In this document: piece after piece, positions 38,241-49,920 of the stretch | Layout of the letters: each line of letters opens with the position of its first letter | Numbering within the stretch: position 1 is the first letter of the stretch | Assembly (NCBI RefSeq): GCF_006345805.1 | Contig: NW_021832611.1 | Span: 186,001-250,000 of the forward strand | Source of the DNA: Octopus sinensis | Taxonomy: Eukaryota | Reading direction: 5' to 3' | DNA: 64,000 bases | Notes under the pieces: generated by a model | Database searches by the model: none | What the model was told of the DNA's origin: nothing | The model's input: only the letters and a program-made list of their open reading frames with translations | Translations under genes and position numbers: made by a program

Positions 38241-38699
38241 ATAATTATCTAGTTTCAATTTAATTTTTGTAATAAAAAGAAACTAATTAACTAACTAATT
38301 TTCTAAGTCCAGAGCCTTCGAAATGAGCAGAGGATGACACTCCACGCACCTCCTCCCCCTCTTTCTCCTCTTTTCTGGCAATGTAGACCTCCAAGAAGGT
38401 GCAGTCTAGCGCCTCTCGCTGACTAAGCGTCGGAAAGGGCTGGATCGGCGAGCATCAAACGAGACACTCTCCAAAGCCTGTAGAGACTTATCTATACCCA
38501 GCTGTCTTAAGTTCCGCTTGTGGTATTTACTAATCAGTCCATCCTATATCATCACACGGGATGACATGGACTTTGGTTTTTAATTTAATAAAGAATATTA
38601 AGATAAAAAATTCAATTTTATAAGATCGAATTTTTCATTGCTTTTTGATTGTCTTATTATATTTTCATGCAAAAATTAATGAATTTGTTGATAAAAAGG

Positions 38700-40450
38700 G
38701 CTTAATTTTTTTAATTCTCTAATTAAAAAATAAAAAACAGGAGGTGGTTCCCGTTGATGTTCTCAACTATGATCAGATCCACAGTGAGAGACAAAATCGA
38801 AGTTCATGTTTTCTTATTGGTCAAAAAGCGTTGGTTTGACAGTTAAAATCTGTGCATATGAAATTCGTGAGGCCTTTTTTATTTTTTATTAGAACTTTAT
38901 CCTGGTTTTTTGAATGTGGTTTTCGTTTGAGGTTAAGGCCTCAGACGGAAACTGAAGAGATAAAAAATTCTTGTGATGGTTGTGGTCATAAAACCACTCT
39001 ATATCCGACATTGAGCAATCTATTATAGGCTAGAGGTTTAAATTAATTTGGTTTTCATCTTAATAATAGCAACTTAGTTCCGTAAACCTGGTTCAACTAA
39101 ATTTATGTTTCTAGCCTCTGTTTTTCCTCAAGTTATGGCTTATTATGGGTATCATTCTTTCTTGGTCAGACTGGCTTCTTTAATGGAATTTTAAATATTT
39201 AAATATAATTCAGTCTATTTAAACAATTTGCCGTCGATTAAATGTCAATGCTGATTGTTCTGTTAAATTTAATTTTAAAAAGTAAAAATAAGTGTCCATC
39301 TTTGTTATTCAGTCCAAATCAGAAGTAAAGCATGTTAATTGTATAGCCTAGGGTTTACAAAAACTGTCACCTGAATAGCATCCCTATCCTTGATAATTTT
39401 CCGACAATTCAAAATTTGTTGATTTGATTTGAACCTAGATTAACTTGTAGGGACGTCTCGTACAATAATATTCTCTTTTTAAATGGGAGCATTTTCCCCA
39501 CTTCACTTGTTGAATTGTAGTAATTTAATTTTAATTTTTTGACGACTGGATTCGAACCATCTTTCATTCATTTCCTCTCAAGCGTTTGACGGATTAATAA
39601 ATTTAAAATTATTGTAATAAACTAATTTAAATTGAAGAACTTTGGATAATAACTTCTTGATCTCAATTGAAATGGGAGCATTTGATACCTTAGATAAAAC
39701 TCGAAATACTGTATGGCATTGTCCATTTTAAATATAAAAGTTCTTTCCGTTCAAACAAAATCGTTTGTTTACCAAGATTGTTTGATAGAAATTTGAATCT
39801 TAAACAAGTGTTTGTCTCATTCGTATTAAAATTAAGAAATTTTATCAAAAACCCAATCAATGTGGTAGACATGAGCATTTTTGTTATCGAAGCTCGAAAT
39901 TTTACGTCTTTATTATGTTTTTATAATTTTAGTTTTGTTTTATTTTCAAATCCCGAGATAATTTGTGGTTCAGATATTTCACGGTACGGAACGTATTTTT
40001 TATACATTTAATAACTTTGAAGTTCGATACATTTAAGAAAATCCACAACACCAGTTTTCTATATTTTTGAGGAACAAGACGATGCATTCAAACAGTTTTT
40101 ATATTTATTGAGACTGGTAGTTCTAGCTATATATATAAATTTTGTCCAAAAATAGATATAAGCGGGGAATGTACGGTTGCGAGAATAGGTAGTCTTATAA
40201 ACCAATTTATTATAAGCTTGTGGACAAGAAATCTTGACAGCAACATACAATTTAATAGAAACAACGCCAATATTTATAAAAGAGACTTCGAAAAAGTGAT
40301 AATATAGAAAGCATCAATAAACAGGCCATCAAATGAAATCAATATAATTTTAAAAAATGTACAGAAACCTGATTTCCGAATGTTTTTCCAAAATATTTTA
40401 ATTCTGATAATAATTTTAACTACAATATATTTAATAATGTTAGCTCATGT
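38700..40450 (-). CDS. Possible multi-exon host gene, product unknown
   Basis: Regular short minus-strand intron-like gaps (CT...AC on the plus strand) between coding-like blocks. No motif recognised. Confidence 0.3.
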
Positions 40451-40950
40451 TATATTACTTTTTAGATATTTTATCAAGTCAATAAAAAAGAAAAAAAAAG
40501 GGTTTAACAAAAGATTTTTTAATTTTTACAAAAATAGGTCAAAATTAGAAAATCACTTCTTGATGATTCAAGAAAATAACATTTCTACGATTTGACTAAC
40601 TTCTTATTTATTAATGCAAAAATAAAAGTTAATTCAGTCTAATAAACTAATTTCACTTGAGTTAACCTGCCTTAAGATTTCCTGTGGTATTTGAGACCAA
40701 TTCGACTCATAGATTACAAATTCATCACATAATGATTGGCTTTAGACCAGGATGCAACAGATGAATGTAAAATCTCAAATTAATTATCGCAACTGATAAT
40801 TAGAAAATCAGGATTCGCCAGTGGCCGCAACGCGGATAGCAAAAAAGTTACCTCACATGATTGCTATCGATACTATCTGGTACAGTTAGCTGGTTTCCCG
40901 GGAGTCATTAGTCTTCTTTCCAATGAGCTTCTTGACCGACGAGGGGTTTC

Positions 40951-42720
40951 ATGGTTCTCAACCTTTTTAGCTAAAGGGCCAAATTGATAATTAAAAGTAT
41001 TTTTGTGAGCCCCAGAAAAAATATTTTATTTGATTAAAAAAAAAGGCTTATCAATGTAAGACTTGATTTTGCTTGGAATCAACTATTTTATAGAAACGAG
41101 AAGTAAAGTTCAAAAACGGTGACGGCGAAGTTGATTTAAGTGTTCATCAATCACTCGATTTTTATACATACTTTTTGTTCGCGTAAATTTACTGAAAAGA
41201 ACTTTACATGAATGCGTTGATCTAAAGCATTATCAACCAAGTTATGATATTTCCATTTTGGAATTCGACTTAAATTCAATAGTTCGCTTGACTTAAATAG
41301 CGCGGTATGTACGATTTTGCAGGAATATTATCATGATGCAATATGCTGTAATGCCAAATCACAGAAATCAACTCATCATCTGCTCGCCATCCAGCTATAA
41401 GATGTTGAAACTCAGTTTTCCATCCAACCATAGAAGGACATCAATCTGTGGCAATTCAAAATATTTTTGAAAGATCCAAATGTGCCTTTTCAGGGAATTA
41501 ACAAGTTTACGGAATATAGCAGCTCATTTAGTAGAACCATGAAAATAACGTAGCGTGAGAAATTCTTCATTAATTTTAGAGTCAGGCATTACACCTAGAA
41601 TAAACACCGTCATTTGTAAACATCACTAATATCTTTAGTGATGTCAAAAGCAATAGAATAGTGTACGAAGAAAATGAATTCTGTGAGAAAAAAATGAATT
41701 CGAAAAAAATGAAGCTAGCATTCTATATCGTCAGATATTTTCTCAATTATCCGAGTAACTGTATCTTTGCATAGCTGTAGTTTATAACATTTTGTTAAAT
41801 TTCTGAAGAACAACGTTTTTCAGAAAATATAAAGATAGCGTGCTTAATGAATTCTCCGTCCGAATACGGCTTCATATTTTTTGCAAGTAGATGATAAATT
41901 TTGAAAGAAGCTATTGTAACGAAATTGATGACATAGGCTGTTTAAACAGGCAATGTGATTAGACATTTTCTTCGAAGACCAAAAATCTGGGTTAAATGCA
42001 CGATTTTCTTGAATAATTTTTCTATTTCTTGTAATACGTTTAAGAAATTACAAGCAATACTAATTTTTTTTTTTTAAAAGAGAAAATTCTTTTGTGAACT
42101 ATTCATAGTAACTGATTGTTAAGGACAATAAGAAGAAGAACTGATGGCGATCCTGTTTCCCCTCACTATTGCTTGGGACACGTTCTGGAGGAGCCATCAG
42201 TGCTGGAACCACCTGGATTGGACCGAGGAGATGGAAAACGCCCAGACGGGATGACTATCTTTCCGTTTTTGGAAGGAAAGCCTCTCGTATGGGATTCAAC
42301 ATGTTCCGACTCCTTGTCCAAGACAAACATGTTGGAAAGTGCCTGCAATGCTGGCACAGCTGCGGATAGAGCAGAGGACATCAAGAAGAAGAAATATGAT
42401 GGCCTCACCGATCGCTACGTTTTCCGGCCGGTTGCTGTCGAAACCCTGGGATCGATTGGGAAGGAGTCGTTGTGCTTTCTCAAGAGTATTGGACGTCTCA
42501 AGACCTTGAAAACACACAATCCTCTGGAGACGAGATGGCTCCTCCAGAACGTGTCCCAAGCAATAGTGAGGGGAAACAGGATCGCCATCAGTTCTTCTTC
42601 TTATTGTCCTTAACAATCAGTTACTATGAATAGTTCACAAGCAATACTAATTAAAATTTAATACAAAAGATTTTTAATTTAACAACAATAGTTAAAACAT
42701 TTAAAAATTTTTTAACCATA
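40951..42720 (-). pseudogene. Degenerate hAT (SPIN/GTF2IRD2-like) transposon remnant
   Basis: TIR-like ATGGTTCTCAACC at 40951. Minus-strand MKPYSDGEFIK (about 41850-41875) and FVHYSIAFD (about 41645-41670). Confidence 0.7.
42066..42640. mobile_element. CRE-like retrotransposon insertion with inverted duplication of its 3' end
   Basis: EPPGLDRGDGKRPDG..PLVWDSTC..KKYD..FRPVAVETLG..AIVRGN. Perfect 107-bp inverted repeat (42092-42198, 42534-42640). 16-bp direct repeat ACAAGCAATACTAATT (42050-42065, 42637-42652). Poly-T at the left end. Confidence 0.92.
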
Positions 42721-43248
42721 AATAGTTTATTGTATGAAACAAACAGAAAAAAAAGCACAGTTAAAATCCGGCTTTTTTATTTAACATATGTAATATTTTT
42801 TTATAATTTGCACACTTTCAAAGCTTTAAAAGGTTGACTTGACAGATTTAAAAAGGGACATGAGCTGAGATTTATATAAATTTGCGGAGAAAATAATTAT
42901 GCGATTTGACTTATATCATTAAAAAAGAAACTTAAGATTTTCTTGGTCATTGAGAGAAAAAAATTACTTATCTCCTGAATTTCCAAAAGAATTGTACAAC
43001 TTTCGACTTATTTTTATTAAAAATGTACTAGGTAAAAAAACTGGCGGTAAAATAACTAATTATTTTTCTAAAATCGATTTTTAATGTTTAAAAATCTCTA
43101 TTTAATAAAACTCTTGTTTTTTGGGCACTTGGTGCCCCAAACAGACGTCGGACTGTATCTCTAATAAAAAGTTAAGACATAAACTAGGTCAATTTCAAAA
43201 TTCTCAAAAGAACGAAGAAATATTTAAAAAATAAAAATCATCGATAAC

Positions 43249-44673
43249 TTAAATTTTTTCAAAGAGGAGAAGAAATCGCGAATAGCCAGCCAATGGCTGC
43301 TCACATTTTTCGAGTAATTTTAACGAAGTCGAATTTAATAAAGCATTAATTTGTTCTGGACTATCAAAATATTTAAAAAAAATGTAACTCGTTATCTGGT
43401 ATCCAAAAAACAAGTCGACCCCCGATTCTCAACATATCTTCGGCAAAGCTCAGCAAATAAAAATAAATTTTATAAGGATTAGAAGAAAGCAAATCATTTT
43501 CATAATTTATTTTATTCGCATGTTTGTTCAAACTTTCTCTTACTCCATACGGGGCTATAAATTATTTTTCTACGAGAATAACGATCAGTAACGATTGCAT
43601 CAAATTTAATGTGGGATGTTTTTAAAGGAGATTTTAAAAAATCTGCAACTAAGATATCCATCAGATTATATCTGAGTCCATATTGATTAAAATTAGCAAA
43701 ATTTGATTCATTTCTAGATCTCCATGTATTTTTTGCTCTTGTGGACTTTCCTGTAATAATTTTACGACAAAAATACCTCTTCCTCTTATCAGAGTACGAT
43801 CAAGGTCATGCCCGAGAACAATTCCATCGTCATGAGCTGCAGCAAGTAAAATACTTCCTAAAATGGTTTAAAATGATAAAACATTACCAGTTCCGACAAA
43901 TGGATCTAATATGAGATCAAATTGACTCACTCTGGCAAAATTACACATCACAAATGAAAGTAGAGGATCCATAGAGGTACGACCTGAAAATAATTTTTTT
44001 ATAAACACCGATAAAAATTCTATTTGAGAGGGAATATTTTTTTGCTAAAATAAATCTTCTTCCAATTGCTTTTAAGTGTCCGAAAAATATATTTTCTACG
44101 TCCTTTTTGCCTATGTTGTAATTTTCCAAAAGAGCAAATTGATAATCAGGATTTTTCAGACTAACTTTTCCATCAAATATCGGAAAATTTACACTATTCA
44201 GCCTCTGTAAAAAATAGACTACAAAAATAAGAAAGACAACGTTTAGTTTCTCTTCTTGCTCCACTTTTGAAAAATGACGATTGAAAGTAGATATTTCATA
44301 AGACCATGTTAGATTAGGATCAGTTTTATACTTAAAATTACGTTTTTAAGTTTTAAATACTAGTATAGGATAGTATGATTTTGATAAATTGTTTAGGAAC
44401 TCTTCCCAATTCTTACCTTCAGCAATCAAAATATAGGCCTTCCTCTTCAATAAATATATATAATAACCTTAAAAATATAGAGCGGGAAGTGAAATGAGTA
44501 AATGAATCCTCGTTCAGATAGCAAGTTATGAAGGGACCTGATTTTACATATTTGTTTTTAATAAGATCGAATGAAGGAATGAGAGCTCTAAGTTCCTGAA
44601 AATATAATAAATAATTTACAGGTAGCCAAAAATTTTCGAATTCGTTTGAAAAATGTAGAACATAAAAGTGCAT
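43249..44673 (-). CDS. TRMT11: tRNA (guanine-N2)-methyltransferase Trm11, multi-exon
   Basis: YLQELRAL N-terminus, FILAKKYSLSNRIFIG, ILDPFVGTG (SAM-binding), FDAIVTD/PPYGVRE, LRIGGRLVFWIP and CEQPLAGYSRFLL, with stop at 43249-43251. Confidence 0.9.
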
Positions 44674-45129
44674 TAAACACGTTGATTTGGGATATTTTAA
44701 TTCTTTATAATTTAAAAATAATTCTTAATAATTTTTATTTAATATTACTTAATTTAATCTAATCCATGTAATTTTTTATATATCTAAAAAATCTCACAAA
44801 AATAAAATATCTTAAAAAATACAGGAAAATATAGGAGTTTTCTTTAATTTATTAAAAGATTTTTAGGCGTTCATAAACGACTATTATGGCTTTATTGCAA
44901 GAAGCTTTATTTCTTATGTGAAAATCACATCGACGATGGGAAACGTATAACTTTGGTCTTTAGGTCAAATGTGCTCATTAACTGCTCCCTCGTAAGATAT
45001 CCCCAAAAAATCATTTCCATGTTAATTTAAAAAGTAGTGAAAAATTGTTAGCAATTTTGACATGTTGAAAATTTGTTTAATTTGGTTTAATATTTAATAA
45101 CAAATAATTTCAAAACTTTTTTTATTACC

Positions 45130-46444
45130 TAGCAATTTCATATACTACATTCGCATCGAACAAAACAGTGCATGTCAGATTTTACAGTAGTGTGATAGGA
45201 AGTCAATTTTGTTAGTCTGATAAGATGTATGAATTTGAAAAACTTGTGAAAAACCAATTAAAAGAACGAAGGAAAATTGAAAATCAAGTAATAAATGAAG
45301 AAATGTCGTATTATTCGGATAAAATGTTTTACTTAGAGAACACGAAATAAGTGAAGATCCAAGAATTGTCAAATTAGAAAGATATTTAAAAACACTTCCT
45401 ACTGGCGAGGAGTACAGGGAATCTTTAAGAGAGGTAGTTTTTAGTGTCATTGTCAGATCAGTGGCCTCAGAGAATTTTGTCAAAGCCAGTCATCTACCAT
45501 CGTACGTCTAAATATGCGAATCGAAGAAATTATGAAAGATAATCAGCAACTATCATTAGAATTCAAACAACTTAATACAACAAATGAGGAATTAGAGACC
45601 AGATTATCAGACATTCAAAATAAACCAACAAAGGATATAAACAGTACAACTCAAAAAGAAAATGTCCGTTTGAAAAATGACAATGAAAAATTAAAAAAAG
45701 TATTTTTCGTCATGTACAATAAAGCATGTAGAAAGGTTAAAAACAAGTAATAAATCTATTGAAAGCGAAAACTTGTTGAAAATCGCCGAACTTGAGAGCC
45801 GACTTAAAATAGAAATCTCAACTATCAAAGTTTTACAGGATAAAGAAAAAGAACTAACTGACCAACTTGATACAACTAAAAAAAGCATGAGAGAAGTTGT
45901 TTTTTGTTCTTAAATTACTTAGATGGCTGGAAAACAATCTGACTTAATGGACGAAAATTGTTTTCTTACTGAACAGCTTCGTAAATTTCAAATATCAACA
46001 ACTAGAAGAATTCATGCTGAAGATCGAAAAACTATAAAACAAATTGAAAGTTGTTTCAAGCAATTAAAATCAACTGTGGCGTTCTATTCAAATATATTTT
46101 CAAAAGAAAACCAGAATTTGAATTTTAAAAATGATAAATTTGAAAAGCATGTGAATGAAACGGAGAGTGGAGAAACAATAAAACAAAATTTGAAAAATTT
46201 TGATAAAATTAACTATGCCGAGAAAACAGTCTGTAATAAGGAGCTAATTGACGAAGAATTAAATGAAAGTTCTGACTTTTTAGAGCAAAAATTACTAAAC
46301 GATGGCGATTTTGAAAACGAAACCTCAATTAATTATTCAGATCTTCTTAAAAATCTTCAGCAAGAAATACGTGTTATTGGTCAAAAGGCCAGTTCAGTTG
46401 CTGCGGATCGAATTACTGATAATTTATCTTGTCCTATGCAATAA
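45130..46444 (+). CDS. Coiled-coil protein with C-terminal CaaX box, CEP85-like; 5' end not resolved
   Basis: Heptad-rich exons split by tiny introns. The C-terminus LQQEIRVIGQKASSVAADRITDNLSCPMQ* resembles my recollection of the CEP85/CEP85L tail. Confidence 0.55.
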
Positions 46445-46494
46445 ATATTACATTTTTTCAAATATGATTTTTTTTGAAATTACAGATTTAAAAA

Positions 46495-47730
46495 CCGTAT
46501 TTTCGTATATACGATGGGTCTCATCTTTACACATGATGTCCGATATTTTGATTAGACTCATTTATAAGACGGATGACAAAAAGTAAGTAAAATGAGAAAA
46601 GTAAACAATTAAAATCAGCAGAAATCTAATTTTACGGTTTCGTATAAAGTATTTGAATTTTAGATTCGGAAAAAATAAGAAAATTATTCTTTAAATTATT
46701 ATTTTGTACTTTTTTTAAATAGTTCATAAAACTGCTCACCGGAAATCATTATACTCCGTCTTCTCTTCTTCATTTAAGCCATTTCTGCCTCAAATAAGCT
46801 TAGTGAAAAGTTGGCCATCTTCTCTCCCGTGATGAAATTTAGCATTTGAGAAACGATTTGATACAAATATCTGGCGGAATTTCGTTCCAAAGATAGATAA
46901 TCTTCTAACAAACTGTAGCTAATCAATGTCATGTAAATGTCCTGTTTTCGCTAGCTGTTTCTATTTTTGACCGTCAATTTATATGTAAATACTAAAAAAC
47001 TGTAGAAAAAAATGTTAATCAAACTGATCAAAATTTGAAATTATGTAACGAATATTTTTTTTCTAATTTTTCAAAAATCTTAAAATTAAATTTTTTTGTT
47101 GGAAATCAAATTTTACAATATATTTAAAATGTTTTTAATGTAAAGCGCTTTATTAATTGTGACCGGTTGAATATGAGCCCAGGTTGAATACGAGCCGTTA
47201 AACGAGCCGTTTAAATTGCTCCATTTAAATTGATGTTTAGAGCTTCTGCCGATGAATCTATAAATGATCACTACACCGAAGTGGAAATGAATGAGATATT
47301 CGAACAAATTGATTCTTGGAATGAAGAAGCACAGTCTGAAGCGACTGAGTATCTTGCATGGTTTTGGTCATCAAGTGAAACTACGAGAACCAAGTTTTCC
47401 TTTGATTTTTTCCTGGTCGTCAGAGTTTCTGATTGTTACTATATGATCCCCCATATCCTGTAATTGATTTCATAGGCTGTGCGTTATGAAATTCAGGGGA
47501 CTGTTTATGGGATATAGGTTGGACAGTCCACTCCCAGACGGTTCGACAGCAGCAGCGGCCACTACCAATCCCTGGTCCGCTCGGCCATCAAGGGCATTCG
47601 AGGGGTGTTGTACTGCTGGAGAAACAATGCAGTGACATGCACCTATTGTCGTTCAAGAAGCACACCTGTCTGTTTTACGGTTTCGTATACAGTATTTGGA
47701 TTTTAGATTAGGAAAAAATGAGAAAATTTT
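46495..47730. mobile_element. Degenerate Tc2/pogo-like debris with a direct repeat of about 55 bp
   Basis: CCGTA...TACGG termini-like motifs. TTTTACGGTTTCGTATA..GTATTTG.ATTTTAGATT occurs at 46630-46685 and 47673-47727. Confidence 0.35.
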
Positions 47731-48649
47731 TTGTTAATTTTTTTTCAAAAAAGTTCTGCCCCAATTCATAAATAAACGACAGTATATGAAAAATTAAACA
47801 GCAAATTCAAACTGGTTTAGCATCACAATATACATTCCATCCAATTAGACACGAAAACATACAATTTTGATTATACACCAACACTCAAATCCAACACCTC
47901 ACAAGAAAGCTTAAAATCAAAGAAAAGTTTCAAGAATTTTCCGCCTGCAGACAACTGAGTAATCTCCTCAGTGGCCTACCATAACAACCAAAGGTAGAAA
48001 ACCGGGAAATGGTTGGACAGGTCTAGAACTGATATTGTCTCTGCATAAAGAATGAGTAGAGACTGAATGGCATCCCCCTCGTTTATTCGAGTGTAGAATG
48101 TGATAATTAGTGATCCCTCATTCACTGCGGGGAGTAATCCCGAACTTCAGAATTTGCCTCCTCGTCGACGCTTCCTAAAACCGAACATTCCCTTCTGTGT
48201 GGCTGAATTAGACAAAACAACTACAGTCAATCCTCTATCTATTGCCACCTACGGGACGGACCAAAATAATGGCAAAAAGGGACGTGGAAAAAGAAGGAAA
48301 TACTCAATAATATTTAGTTCATTTAGTAATTTTGCGAATCCCTCGATTTTACATAAAAATCATCAATAATTCCATTCGGAGGCCTGTTTTATTCCAGCAA
48401 TTATTGATAGTCTTGGAAGAAATATCACTCCAAGCATATGATGAAAAATTACTACATCTTTTATATTAAAGGGTTGAATGTGTGTTTGGGAATCAATTTC
48501 GTTCGCAATATGAGAGAGATGGTAATGATAAAATCGAGACTTGAAGCACTTGATTCTTCCTGCGTCCAATTATTATAATCTTTTGAGTTTCTGGAAGCAA
48601 CAATAGCTCAATAAATTTACTGTGATAATAATAACGATTTTTTGCTTAA

Positions 48650-49040
48650 AAATTCAGAGATTTAAAACAATTGTGGCCAAAACGCATATCAAACAAACAT
48701 TTCTACTCCAATTACAATGTAAATCCGTTGGACGAAGAAATAAGAAGTAATAGATGGGGCTTATTCAGTCACATCCTAAGAATGGACAGGAAAACTCCCG
48801 CAAATCTCGCAATAGAACACCACTACGCTCCTCATCCGGGAACGACCTTCCGAGAAGACCACAAATCACTCTAGCAACCCTCCTGCATCAAGACCTAACT
48901 TTGATTGGAAAAAAGTTGAAATCAGCAGACGATCATGAGCACCTGAGGGAACTATCGAGGAACAGAGGGACTTGGAAGCGATTAACATAACGCATCCAGG
49001 AGAGGCTGGCACACACGAGATAACTTTACTAACGTTATTT
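48650..49040 (+). mobile_element. RTE-like LINE 3' fragment
   Basis: WPKRISN...IRSNRWGLFSHILRM..TPA...RPQITL...NRGTWK, typical of the RTE-clade ORF C-terminus. Confidence 0.7.
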
Positions 49041-49920
49041 TGCGATGTGCTTATTAATAATAAAGCAATTGTTAATTATCAGCGACATAGTTTTGACTGT
49101 ATCCAGTAACCAGGATGTCTTGTTTGGAATGTGTATGAGGGGGAACTTGTGAGAGGGAGGCAATGCAGGTTATCGGAGGTTTGATGGCGCACTCGATTAA
49201 TGGGAGGGTGGTGACCTCCCAGTCTTAAAAGGTGAGGTCGACCACGGGCAATTCATGCTGACGATAACCTACATCCACTATATTAAATTTGTCAAAGTCA
49301 TCGCCATCACTATCAACAAAATAATCACTAAAGCGATCGTGCTAAATTAAGGTTCTCATGCATTTGACTACTTGTCCATTGTGAGGACGATCGCTTTTAT
49401 TGACTCGCGCGTATATTACAACGGAGAAAGTAAGGAATTTCATTTGAGTAGAGCAGATGTCTGATATCGGGTGTGAAACTGTACACAGGCCATGTGCTTC
49501 CCTGTGCCACAATCGCGTTGATCAATCTCATCTTGTTTGTCACTATTGGACTGCACATAAGAAGTCCTGGTTCTCCATTTGATTCGAAGCACCGAAATCC
49601 CGTCAGAGACCAACCAAAATATAAATGCTTGTCCAATTTTTAGTTGATCACAAACCTCAAGCTGCCGATCTAAAAAGACATTCCGTAAAAGACCTAAAGT
49701 CACTTTACCTACCGCATTGAACTAAGACTTAGTAAACAAAAAACTGGAGAGTGGAGAGGATCTTGATGTACGACGAACATTAGCAAACAACAGAAGGAAT
49801 AAAAATGCATGTGTTGAAAGATACTAACCGTGGCACAAGGAAAACTTAGCTTGATTTTCCATGAGTGCAAAATAACTAACAAATCCTCAGAAATGCCTTT
49901 ATTAGAAATGACCAACAGAA

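Noticed and set aside
42092-42640. MITE or TIR DNA transposon
   Set aside because: The arms are the coding and UTR 3' end of the retrotransposon itself, with a poly-A tail and a 16-bp TSD typical of target-primed reverse transcription.
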